NCBI GenBank assembly: GCA_977018835.1
Contig: OZ361259.1
Span: forward strand, 496,001 to 560,000
Length of the DNA: 64,000 bases
Direction: 5' to 3'
Source: Minutocellus sp. GHC0000111
Taxonomy: Eukaryota
Shown here: one piece after another, positions 1 through 11,455 of the stretch
Position numbering within the stretch: the first letter of the stretch is position 1
Layout: each line of letters starts with the position of its first letter
The notes under the pieces: generated by a model
The model's database searches: none
What the model was told of the DNA's origin: nothing
The model's input: only the letters and a program-made list of their open reading frames with translations
Made by a program: the position numbers and the translations under genes

Positions 1-3000
1 AAAGGGTGGAGAGAAAGGGAGAGAGCTGTGAGTCGATCCGGTCATCATCCTGTGGATTTGCTTCTTCCATATCTGCCAAAGCCCTGCGAAGTGGCCATAC
101 CGACCGCTCTACATCCTTGGTGGACTTGAGATGACCTGCCACGCTATAGAGAGCCATCTCTCGAGCGACAACCTCCGGCAATACTGTCATAAAAACAAGA
201 GCAATTTCGTCGAAATTACCACCTTCATCAAAGCAACCACCGAGGAGAGAGATTACCACATCAACGGCAATCGACCGCACTGATAGCGACGGAGCATTCA
301 TCAAAGAAAGACAAACCCTCGCCCAGTGCTGGAGTCGATCGCCCATCGCTTCGACCGAAAGAGCAGCGCCAAATTTATTCAAGGCCTCTGATGCTGCACC
401 AAGTGCACGCTGATGAGCGACCGACGAGAGAGGCATAGATAAGACGTGAAGGAGGACGTCGAATACACCCAGCGCCAGCTTACTTCGTTCACGAGGTGAC
501 TTGGCCAAGAAGGCGGCGCATTCGTCGACTGCGATAATCAAAAGAGCACAAACAGTATTGTAGCACTCCTGCACTAACCAGGTCCGGCCCTCAGCACCTT
601 GGTCATCAGCGCACTTTGCAATGAAACCTTGGCACGTTGAACTGCACAAGCGCAGGGCTCGAATGAATCGATGGAGCCGAGGGTAACCTTGAACGCTATT
701 GCAGTAGGATCTTAACTTTTCTCTTGTCAGCACTTCAGGGGCTTCTTGTGTCGTATGGAGGAAGGAAAGCAGCCAAAGAGATCGAATCTTGTGGGTCGAC
801 TCCATCTTGGCGAGCCACGGTACTGCCTTGACGGTGCTTCCGAATAAAGGGGATAAGAACATGGCAGCTATGCGTTGTTTGTTCTCTCTAGACTGGAATC
901 TTTCGTCAAGGGCATGCCTGCGAATGAGCAATTCATATGCAATCGAAACTGCGTGCGAAGCATTAGATTGCAGCCTCAGTAATTCAGACCGAGAAAGAGA
1001 CTCTCGACCGAGACGACTTCTCAAGGCCGACTTGCGACCCTTGTCGCTTCTTGAAGCCTTAATCTGCGCAATCGCCTCATTGACAACGGCTTCACAGGAT
1101 TGTGAACATATGGTCAAACATTCATTTGTGAGGAGGTCGGCCAGCCAGTGCGCATGTGGCAATCGCTCATATCCATCGGGATAAGGGGATTGCTTCTCAC
1201 TTTCGAGACCGCCTGCATCGTTCTTGGTCGAAGACTGAGAAGCCCAAGACGTTGCGTCGGACGAAGCGAGAGGAATCCATCGATCACTGTATTTGTAGGG
1301 AAAGTTTAGTGCAACGAATCGCGGAAGCGTTGATAATCTTTCAACGGCACGGAGTCGAAGCTGCCTGGAGCAAATAGTACGCCTGAAGGCAAGCCCAGTG
1401 GCCCCGCCTTGGCTGGTAGTAGAGGTCGCTGAAATGCTCTCATCTTCAATTTCGCTCGACGTCTGTATGAGAATGGGTTCCTCGACATCTTCGCAAGCAC
1501 GGAGAGACTTGAAGTACCTGAATATAAGGATCGAGCACTGTGCAGGATGAACAATCGAGAGAAGTCCAACTAGGAAATCCAACACAGCGTCACTAGCCTC
1601 AAGGGCGTCAACCAATTTCGTGTCCCAATCTTCGTGTCCTCTTCCGCCAGTGATAGGGCTGTTGTTGCGCAGAACTTTGGACACAAGGGACTGAGCCATC
1701 GCGTCTACTAGTGGCTCCAGGATATGCATGTGTTTTGAATCCAAAATAGTAGAAGGAACAGGATCTCGTGGTACGTCATTTGAGGAACAACGAAGAGCAA
1801 AGGACTTGAGACACAAGGGGAGCAAAACGTCCATATTATCCGAGAACATCATGATAGTTTCTTGCGACATGAGAGCACTGCGCTGGAGACTCGAGCTTTG
1901 CTTCTTGGCTTCTGCATTTCTTGTCTGTATCAATGTTGGAGCCGAAACATTGTACTCAAGCCACGCCTGCAACCACAAGGCAAGAATACACTCATAGAGA
2001 TATGGCATGGTTTCGCCGACGTCGTCCTCTCTATCGTCGCAATCTTTGACCGCTAGTTCCACCCGTATGCTATAGAGTGTTTGAGTGCCACGAAGTCTGA
2101 CCTTGGGTCCATCGGATTTGGTTACCCTGGAAATGGCCTGTAGATCGGCATCGTCGTTTAGCTCGATATCGGAACCTGGACTACGGATAGAATAGCTCGC
2201 CGGAGCGCTTTCAACGGCAGCATGTGTACCAGTAGTACTATCCTTTGGCTGGGGGGCGTAACATTGTTGGAGACGTAATGAAACAGAAAGCACGAACAGA
2301 GGAGTCATTGAGCAAAGAGACGCAAATGTGCGGAACAAAACTATTGAAACAAAAGATACAGATCCCAGCAAATACAATACAAAACAGCACTCACATCCGA
2401 CGCAAACGCGCTGAGATGCTCTCGTTTTGCAAGATCAAAAACAGCCTGCTTGTCGCTACCCTGCATTGATCGTTGAGGAGGGCTGACACCAGCCTTTTTG
2501 GCTAAAATTGAAGAAAGATTGGGTGCCATGCAAGGTGTCATTACCACTTGGGCAACGGTATTGATGCGCTGCGCCATACTCTTAGCTTTCTCACCGGCGA
2601 AAGAGGCAAACGGGGCCGCATTGAAGGCTTCCGACGGCCCCTTGGTAGGAGTGCTAAAAAAGTCACCATCACCATCCACACCTTCGGCTGCCAATCCCCA
2701 TTGTCGAATACTATCTGCTATCTTGGGATCGCTGCCTCTCCCCGATGGAGTGTCTTCCATCATACTGTTGCTTGGTGCATCATCGAAGGTCACCGATGGC
2801 GCAGCTGTAACAACAGTCTCATCATCGTCATAGAGCTCGGTGTATCTACCTTCGACGTTGTGCATCTCAGCTTCCACTCTCATTCTATCGATCTTACTTG
2901 CACCATATGCAGTCCTAAGCAAGCCTTCTGACTTAGACTGCTGATAAAGGTCACCGCGACGGTTGCTACTGCCCAATGACTTTGTATATCGAGACTGTTC

Positions 3001-6000
3001 GAACCCTGATAAAACCGCGGCTTTAACCGTCTTCTCGATTAAAGAGTCTTCCAGGGAATCTAGAACCAAATCTACGGTCTGATCTACCATGGCGTCGTCA
3101 TCCAAAGAAGTGTTAGACGTCTCAACGGCATGAAAAAGTTTTTCGTCTTCTTCTGCCAAAGCCCCGGCGATTACTCTTGTAGAGAAAAGAGACTCATCAA
3201 ACGAGTCAAGGAATTCCTTGTAGAACATTTTCAAGAGGAGAACGTTCCACTGCCGAATGTGCCGAGACTGTTCGCCACAGAAGCGAGATTTGGACTTCGA
3301 TATGACCACGAGAAGGCTTCGCATTATATTCATGAAGAAATCCATATCATTTGTGAGGGGTGGAAGGTGCTTCACCTTGCTGAGATCTCGTTCCGCATCT
3401 TGAAAGACTCGCCCAGCCTCCTTAAATGGTATCTCAGGACAACCTCTACCAAGCAGAGCCTGCATATGGAGACATACTAAAGCCCGAAAATGTGTAACGA
3501 CCGCCTGGCCTGAAATCTTTTTCATCACTTTGCGAAGAGAGGACGAAAAGGTATTATCTGATGAATATTGCCCTTTCGTGAAATCACGAAGTACCATCGA
3601 TACTCCAGGATCGCTGCTATGAATAGAGCTTACAAGACGACTCTCGAGCAACATTTGAAAGCTTCCCAGCTTGATTCTATGAACCCCATTGGGAATGACA
3701 GTGACAACACGCTCTTTTGATACTGGCTCCTTTGCCGACGCGCTGCTCAACGGGATGAATGTCTCACTGATAAGATCTGGATGAGGAACGGAACCATCAC
3801 TTTTCAGTTTCACAGTAAAGAGTGAGAACCTGAGAAAGTGACTACCATCGAGAATGTCGGGTAGTCGCACCTTGACCTCATCGTGCAATGGAATACCATC
3901 CATTAATTCTTCCCAACCACTGTTTTTCCCCGACGTTATTGCCGCTGCACCATGACCAATTTTGGTGTACAATGAGTCAACTATGGGGGTACCGAACGGG
4001 CAGGGATTGTAGATGGATTCTGTCCTGGTGTAGACCTCACCCGAAGGAGTGATCTCTCGACGAACCAGACAGATGCGAACAGTAAATGATGTAGATGACC
4101 CATCATCATTCTGTGAGATGGTATCGTCTCCCAGGCGAAGTTGACGCGGATACAAGTACAGCAGATTCAGCAGTCTGTTGGAATATGTCGGCACATCATT
4201 GTCGTACAATCGCTCGGGACGGGGTGGAAGATACAAAACTTCCCGGAATTCGCACAAGTCAGCATAGCCAGAGGGAGATTTTGCGGGTGGGAGGCGGACG
4301 AGGTCCGATCGTTTCCTCATGTTGATTATGCCCTTTTCTGGACTCATCATGATGGCGCAGTCGCCTGTAATGTCACCCAACAAGCGTGGTACTAGTAATG
4401 GCAAATCAGAACTGACACCGCTTTCCATATCGGTAATCTCAGGTGCCGTAAGTTCTGGTTCTTGCAACAAAACTTGAGTAAAGTCAACGCCAACAATCGA
4501 GCTGAAAATTGTGGCTTGACCAGAAATTGGACGAATGGCACCCTTCTTTCCGCCAGATGCCTTGGTATCCGCGGGCGTAGAGTTGACAATATGTGCAAGT
4601 CTTTCGATGAAATCGTCTTGGCTATCGGAAACACTGGAAAAGGCAAAGAGATCCATGTTCTGGGTGGATCCATTGGGCCATGCAAGGCGCTGGTCTGGTT
4701 CGTCCCTCGGAAGCAAAGGTAACACACCAAAGCAAATCGGACTCAAAAATTTGGTGCCGTGAGCACCAAAGACTGCCTTTGCTCTGGACTCTACCGCGAC
4801 AATATCGTCTTTCGTTTGGCTCGAAGCAAGAATACATGGCACATTGTCCTCGGTGTCATTGACCTCCGCCGCAAGAGTAATATACTCATCCCCATCTTTT
4901 GTTGATTTCTTCCGACCCAATTTCTTCTTAATTTGAGAGGATACTGATCTCTTCCTTGCCAAGGGCTTTGGAGAGAAAGAGGAAGCTGGCAAATCTTTTG
5001 TTGCATCTATCGAATCGATGGACTTGCCAGTACTTTCATCATTATCCGCCAAGTATGCAGATGCAGCACTCGCTTGAACGACCTTTTGTACTTGGAGGAC
5101 CAAATACAAGCTCTTCCTACCATCGCTTGGCGGCAACGCAAGAGGGTCATAGGAAAATATTGCCTTGTTTGGCCGTTTCTGCTGAAGCTTCTTTTCTTCA
5201 TCTTCACTCAGGCGTCTTCCTTTGGTCGACGCAAGTAATTTATTCATGGCCTGATTCTGCAAAGCTTCCGGCCATTTGCCTGCTGGGAACACAAAGTCTT
5301 CGCTAATCTTTCCACGGTAAGACCAAGCCCTTGAAACGCGCCGACCTTCTAGAGGTGGCGATGGAAGGCAATAAATTGCAAGGGAACACACAAGCGGCTC
5401 AACATCACCAATGCCAAATCGAACTGCAGTGGGAATCGAAATAACGTGGACCATCCCAGGAGGCTGATCAGCAAATGGCGCAGATCGCCATAAGTGTGTT
5501 GATGAGTATGTTGATCCGACGGGGGGAGCAAATATCGATGCCGGATCGGGACCAGGCAACGCTCGTTTGGCTTCTTGAGAAAGGTTCGGGGAGTCCTGCG
5601 CTGATGCCGATACCGCTCCCGCTGCTTCGGCCGAATCTCCTCGTCCATTGTCCTCGTTCGAATGATCTCTCGCCACGTTATCGTCGTCCTCGGTAGCTTC
5701 ATCCTTGATATGACGAGACAACATCTTTGCATGCCTCACTCTGGCTTCAACCAACTCTCGTCCTGCAAGAGGTATGTCTGGCAAACCCTCGCAGTCTTCC
5801 ATAATAGCTTGAGCGCTTGCCGTAAGAACATCGACAGACTCCGATGCTGATCCACCAGGGGCGACGCACAGATCTCCACTGGATACTAGAACGGATATTC
5901 TCGGGCTATGCTCCTCAATCTCAGTCTCTTTCATGATTTCCATATGCTTCTCGCGGATCTCTTCGTCCATCGCGCCAGGAAAGCCGACATCCGATCGGAC

Positions 6001-7011
6001 TGGCAGCCGCCGCCTTGTGTTGGTGAGAACCGGAGAATGAGAAGGTAAAGTCGAACGAGCGTAGTCCAAGGGGTCGATTGCCGAGTATCGCGAAATTTTA
6101 CTTAGCCTCTTCCGCGACAGCATTCGACGCTTGCGAGCTAGAAGTCTCCTCTTGCGCCGATTCCTTTCTGCGACTTCCGAGGATTCAGCCACGCCAGTGG
6201 CAGACGCTCCAACTGCGTCGTCGTCCGCATCCTCCTCATCATTTTCATCGTCCCACCCGCCCCACGGATCTGCCTGGGGACTTACCGCCGGGCTCCAGCA
6301 CAACTGTCGAACCTTTTGCTGGGCTTGCTGGTCCTTCACCGCATTGGCACCAGCGCCGACATCATTAGTATTGCGACCGTACAGTCTTTCCAACACCTGC
6401 ACCTGTAGCTGCGATGGACTGGCCTTATCGAGTGTATCCTGCTGAACATCGTCCAGCTTCGGAGCAACGAGAGGCCTTCTCTCGAAAGCTACCCGCTCGG
6501 CAACGTCAACAGTTCGAACCTGCACATATGGTATCGCATCAACCGTCTGGATGGTCCCCTGCCTGCTGCCGGTCGGTGCCAGTATCTGCTTTGCTGTTGC
6601 AGCTCCACTAGTTGCAGACGCCGCAGCCCCGACCATTGCAACTGCATCTTTGCTCTTCTTCCCGCCGGGCAATCCCAGCATGGACCTTTTCTTCCTCCGT
6701 GCGGCACCGGTAGCGGTGGTCGGCGTCTCGGAGGGACTTGCGGCGTGCTGCTGCGCCGCCAACGCCGCTTGGCCAGCTTCGTACGCCTCCCAGTCCTCGC
6801 GGGCGCTCACCTCGACGACCGACGTGGATGCCATCGTCACAAGACCGGTCGCTGCGGTTATGCCCGATGCGTCGGACGGAGACCACGCCAGGACACGGTG
6901 CTCGTAGGGATCATCTTCGTCGGTGCGGTTGGCATTATCTGGTGGTGGCGGAGATGCTGCTGCCGCTGCTGCCGCTGCACCAGCCGGCCGAAAGATGTCT
7001 TCGTCCTTCAT
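1..7011 (-). CDS. DOCK-family guanine nucleotide exchange factor; runs off the left edge; probable intron ~2249-2394
   Basis: The 1556-aa ORF contains DHR-1/C2-like motifs (NLLYLYPRQL; HDEVKVRLPDILDGSHFLRFSLFTVK; LLESRLVSSIHSSDP). There is a GTGAGT donor at 2394 and a CAG acceptor at ~2249. Spot translation shows a protein-like minus-strand frame near the left edge (RLQHWARVCLSLMNAPSLSVRSIAVDVVISLL). The DHR-2 domain is not seen in the window. Confidence 0.8.
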
Positions 7012-7479
7012 TTGGTGCCTTGATTCAATGGAATAGAATGTGCTGGGTTACTAATGTAGGAATTCTTAAACAAATGCTGGAACCAAACCAAACAACAAAA
7101 CACCAATAGTCCAGTCCAAGTGCCAACGCAACATCGGCATTGAAGAATGAGCGATGTTGCGGATTGCGCGCGGGGAAGCGTTGCACGCCGGCCGGGTCAT
7201 TTCTGTGACGTCATGACCGAGCAGGCAGGTCATCGTCTAATCAACTGAGGCAATAATGATTTCCCCCGCTTCATCAGCGATTGGTTTTCATTGAGCGCTG
7301 TTGACTGATTCAACGGTCAGTCAGGCATCAACCCATTCGGTCCATGCTTGGTTACTGTTGGCCGTCACTGCCAATTTACACGCAGGCCTACCTAGATTTA
7401 CGTGCATCCATCGAGGGATCGGAACGGGTCCAGTAGCAGCAACTTCTCAAAAGCAACACCAGCAGCATGCAGCATCATG

Positions 7480-7640
7480 CGTGACACTCGCCGAAGATCT
7501 AGCCGTGCTCGGTCTCACACCTGGCGACGAAGACGATCCCAAAAAGATCCGCAAGGCATACCGATAAGAACTACCAGGAGCCAATCAGCCAGATTTAATC
7601 TGGCAGCTGCCTTCGAAGGCTGGCTTCGCACCGGCCAACA
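7480..7640 (+). pseudogene. J-domain (DnaJ-like) N-terminal fragment
   Basis: LAVLGLTPGDEDDPKKIRKAYR resembles J-domain helices I-II but stops (TAA 7565-7567) before any HPD motif. Confidence 0.45.
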
Positions 7641-8227
7641 ATCCCAATGTGTTTAGCGGGACGACACCACCACTACAGCTCTGCTAGCTAGCTACATGTA
7701 GAAGTTAGTCACTTCAATGCACGTAACTAGTTTGTGCGCAACTTAATTTTTTTACTTTAGTTACACCCATGTCTTTTCTTTTTCGCCATGCCGCCACAGC
7801 AGGGAGGCTGGGCCTAATTATCATGATAACAATTCAAATCCCATCTGCAGCTGTAGGTTTTGTCTGGCTTTGTGTCGGGCGGCCTCCCCCCTCCATCAGC
7901 GCCGACACCATCCGAGCACAATGTAGATCTAGGAACGTCCCGAGGAGGAGGGTAGAGCGAAGCATATTTAGACCCGAGGAGGATGGTTGACCGAAGCATA
8001 GAGAGTGAAAAGACGCCTTAACTTGAAAGAATAATGAGGGGCACCTTGCAGCATCATGCTATTTCGGCAGGTGCAGCTTCTTCATTTCCTTTCATTTCAC
8101 GGTTGGGACGGCGCTCCTTTCACCGAATCATCTCTGCTGGAAACCTTCATCCATTTCCACTTTGGCGCGCGCGCCACAGCCCATCCATTGCCACAGCCAC
8201 AATTTATTTTGCAAGCATCGAAGGAAC

Positions 8228-8932
8228 ATGGTCTACCGCCTAACGAAGCGTCCCCTCTTTGGTGGCGCCATCGACATCGATGTGCCAAGCGCCTGGCGCG
8301 ACGTATCCGAAGTTCGTCAGGTTCCAGACCATCAGGAGGTTTGGCAGGATTGCACAGTGGAGGGACAGGCCCCGAGCGAGCTAGCCGCGGCCGCCGCCCA
8401 GGGAGCGCAGGCGGGTGAACCAATCTCCATCGAGGGCACCGGTGGCGTGCTGGTGGTGGAAATATTAGCTCGACAAGATGATGTATTCGATGATGCGGCT
8501 GCCAAATTTTTCTTTGACGATCTCGCCGAGTCCAATGGGGCCATCGCCGACGAGGAAAGGCGACTGGACTTTGCGCAAGTAACCTGTGTTGGTGGAGGTT
8601 CTGGTACTAATGATACCAATAGTTTGATGCCTCGACTTGACAAATCCGTAACGGCGTGCACGTGCATCGGAGTGCAGCGAGTGGCGTTGGGGAAGGATCG
8701 AAAGGTTGGAGGTGATTCGGAACCGAGGTCGGATCACTGGGCAGTGCGGATAGAGATGTGTGTGCTGCGGTTGGAGAAAGAAGAGACAGACTTGTTGATT
8801 TCCATGACGAGGCCAATCCAAGACGGATCGGAAAAGACCATGGAGGATATCATGGAGGCCAGTACTCACAGCAAGTTGTTCTTGGAAATCATTGAAACAT
8901 TTGCCATACAAAATTGGGAGTTGTTTGGGTGA
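8228..8932 (+). CDS. MOG1: Mog1/RANGRF Ran guanine nucleotide release factor
   Basis: RPLFGGAI...WRDVSEVRQVPDHQEVWQD, VVEIL, FFFDDLAESN and LRLEKEETDLLISM match the Mog1p family pattern; ATG at 8228. Confidence 0.9.
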   Translation: MVYRLTKRPLFGGAIDIDVPSAWRDVSEVRQVPDHQEVWQDCTVEGQAPSELAAAAAQGAQAGEPISIEGTGGVLVVEILARQDDVFDDAAAKFFFDDLAESNGAIADEERRLDFAQVTCVGGGSGTNDTNSLMPRLDKSVTACTCIGVQRVALGKDRKVGGDSEPRSDHWAVRIEMCVLRLEKEETDLLISMTRPIQDGSEKTMEDIMEASTHSKLFLEIIETFAIQNWELFG

Positions 8933-9078
8933 AAATGATAATATGACATGATGGATTACAGTACATGTAATTTCTTGCGGTTGGCTTTGTTGGTTCTACT
9001 TTCTTCACTTCTCATTGACTGATTATGTCGATCCTATAAACGTTTATGTAGAAAATGGTCATACATGTACAAAAATGA

Positions 9079-9101
9079 AGAGAGAAAGAGAGAGAGAGAG
9101 A
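9079..9101. repeat. (GA)n microsatellite
   Basis: agagagaaagagagagagagagag seen directly in the intergenic sequence. Confidence 0.8.
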
Positions 9102-9428
9102 GCAATATCAGTGGCCGACACGATGGAACACTAGAAACTGAAATATGTAAGCATTGGTCCAGTTAATGATTCTAGGAATCCTATAATATCATTTGACACA
9201 CAACTACACATGTAGATCTAACGGTTCTTAGATCTACATGATGAAAGTCGAGGAGGGAGGTGCCGAGCCGAGACCCTCCAACTTCCTAGCGCTCGAAAAA
9301 GTCGCCATCTCATCGTCATTCGCGACGAAATGCGAAAATGGCCAGCCGCCCAGCCAGCCCGCCAGCCCCACATTTTTATGTTTCCAAGCCGACGGCGTTG
9401 CCTTGCTGCCTGCTTCAGAACGAACGCG

Positions 9429-11303
9429 ATGGCGTCCCAACAATGGTATCGCGTCGCCAGGGGGTTGCAGATGGTGGCCGAGTCGGCCCTGTCCCAAACG
9501 ACAGCAGCTGCCGGTGCCACATCCGCCAGAGCTGCCGAGCATGCGACCGACCTCGCTCGCAATGCACGCATCGATGCCGAACAAGCCAATGCAGCAGCAG
9601 CAGCTGGAATGAGTTTGAGGAATGATGCATGGCCCAGCAGCAGTTCCAGCAATAATGCTGATAGCATGGCGACGACCTCTTTCGCTTCAGCACCAGCTAT
9701 GCCTAAGATGAAGGACGTGGTTTCGCACGAGGACGCAGCACCTCCATTTGATGATATTGATGGTCTCAATCCTCCAGCCGCCCCTCCTGTCCACGACGAG
9801 CCCAAAGCAGCTGCCACAGAGGCAAATACATACGAGGAAAGAGCCACATCAGGCAGCGACGTCGAAAAGCCCAGTACGTCGTCACCGCCACAGCAAGAGC
9901 ACTTTGACGACAATGCCCATACAACGACACTGGCTGAAGGCAAACCAGTCCCATCTACTCGAGTTGGACGTGCATTTGGCTTTGCGACGCTTGGGGTTGG
10001 ACTTGCCGCGGGGACGGTAGTGGAGGCAACGTCTCGTTTATTCGGTGGTTCTACAAACAAGGATGGGAGTGTTCCAGAGTACTCTGCAATTGCATCCGAT
10101 GCCAACGCTGATCGCCTTGCGGCACATCTGTGCCGAATGCGAGGGGCGGCTCTCAAATTGGGCCAAATGCTCAGTATGCAGGACGAAGCCTTTTTGGCTC
10201 CACCTCTGGCCCGTGCCCTGGCCAGAGTAAGGGGGAGCGCCGACGCTATGCCGATGTATCAGTTGGATTCTGTTCTGACGGAAGAGCTGGGTTCGGATTG
10301 GAGAGAGAAGTTGGAAACATTCGAGGATCTCCCTTTTGCAGCCGCAAGCATTGGAGAAGTTCATCGAGCAACAGTATCCCCGGGTGGTGATACTGATTCT
10401 GCCCCAAGTCGAGTGGCCATGAAGGTTCAATATCCAGGTGTTGCCGAATCGATCGATTCTGATTTGAATAATCTGACAATGCTCGTAAAAGCTACAGGCC
10501 TCGCTCCACCGGGACTTTTCATCGACGAAGTGATTCGAGTGGGAAGGGAAGAATTGAAGGTTGAATGTAATTTCAAAAGAGAAGCTGAGAATCAAACCAG
10601 ATTTCGCAACCTACTCCTCGCCGATGATGTATTGTCGGGGCCGGAATGCAAACTATCAGTCCCAAAAGTAATACCAGAGTTGAGTACCACTCGAGTGCTT
10701 ACCACAGAATTTGCTCAAGGCGGTACAATCGAAAAGGTATCCAATCTTGATCAGGAGGAACGGAATAGAATTGGACGTGCGATCCTTCGACTTACAATGA
10801 AGGAACTCTTTGTCTGGCGGTTCATGCAGACGGATCCAAACTGGGGAAACTTCCTTTACGATATGGGAACTGGAACGACGCATCTCATCGATTTCGGTGC
10901 GGCACGTGAATTCAGCAAGGAATTCGTTGACGGATATTTGAAGATAGTCAAGAGCTCTGCCGATCAAGACACCGAGACGCTCATGGATGTGTCTCATCAA
11001 ATGGGCTTTCTCACGGGAGAAGAGAATGATATCATGCTCGAAGCTCACAAAATGAGCGGCTTTACGGTTGGTGAACCATTCGCTACCGATGAAGCTTATG
11101 ATTTTGGACGATCGGGTATCAGCGCTCGTCTTTCTGGACATAGTTCGGCCTTTTTGCAGCATCGATTGACACCGCCTCCACCCGAGGTTTATACCTTGCA
11201 TAGAAAGCTTGCAGGAGCGTATAACCTCTGTATCAAGCTTGGGGCCATGATCCGCTGCCGCGATCTCTTGGATGAGATAGTTGAGAATCACGTCGATGGT
11301 TAA
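9429..11303 (+). CDS. COQ8: ABC1/UbiB atypical kinase COQ8 (mitochondrial, ubiquinone biosynthesis)
   Basis: MRGAALKLGQMLS (KxGQ), PFAAASIGEVH, VAMKVQYPGV, MQTDPNWGNF, LIDFGA and HRLTPPPPEVYTLHRKLAG. The start codon is uncertain (9330 or 9378 possible). Confidence 0.93.
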   Translation: MASQQWYRVARGLQMVAESALSQTTAAAGATSARAAEHATDLARNARIDAEQANAAAAAGMSLRNDAWPSSSSSNNADSMATTSFASAPAMPKMKDVVSHEDAAPPFDDIDGLNPPAAPPVHDEPKAAATEANTYEERATSGSDVEKPSTSSPPQQEHFDDNAHTTTLAEGKPVPSTRVGRAFGFATLGVGLAAGTVVEATSRLFGGSTNKDGSVPEYSAIASDANADRLAAHLCRMRGAALKLGQMLSMQDEAFLAPPLARALARVRGSADAMPMYQLDSVLTEELGSDWREKLETFEDLPFAAASIGEVHRATVSPGGDTDSAPSRVAMKVQYPGVAESIDSDLNNLTMLVKATGLAPPGLFIDEVIRVGREELKVECNFKREAENQTRFRNLLLADDVLSGPECKLSVPKVIPELSTTRVLTTEFAQGGTIEKVSNLDQEERNRIGRAILRLTMKELFVWRFMQTDPNWGNFLYDMGTGTTHLIDFGAAREFSKEFVDGYLKIVKSSADQDTETLMDVSHQMGFLTGEENDIMLEAHKMSGFTVGEPFATDEAYDFGRSGISARLSGHSSAFLQHRLTPPPPEVYTLHRKLAGAYNLCIKLGAMIRCRDLLDEIVENHVDG

Positions 11304-11455
11304 AAAAGAAATGGATAAATTTTAGGATAAATCGCCATTCAATTGATTTTACCCTGGCCAATCCTAGCTCCCTAGAGCCCGCAAAGTTTGGTTGTTTTGC
11401 GATGGAATTCCAATGCAATATCGTCAATCGCCAACCACCAAACGATTCTGGACCC

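Noticed and set aside
9218..10156. 312-aa minus-strand ORF
   Set aside because: It is antisense to COQ8.
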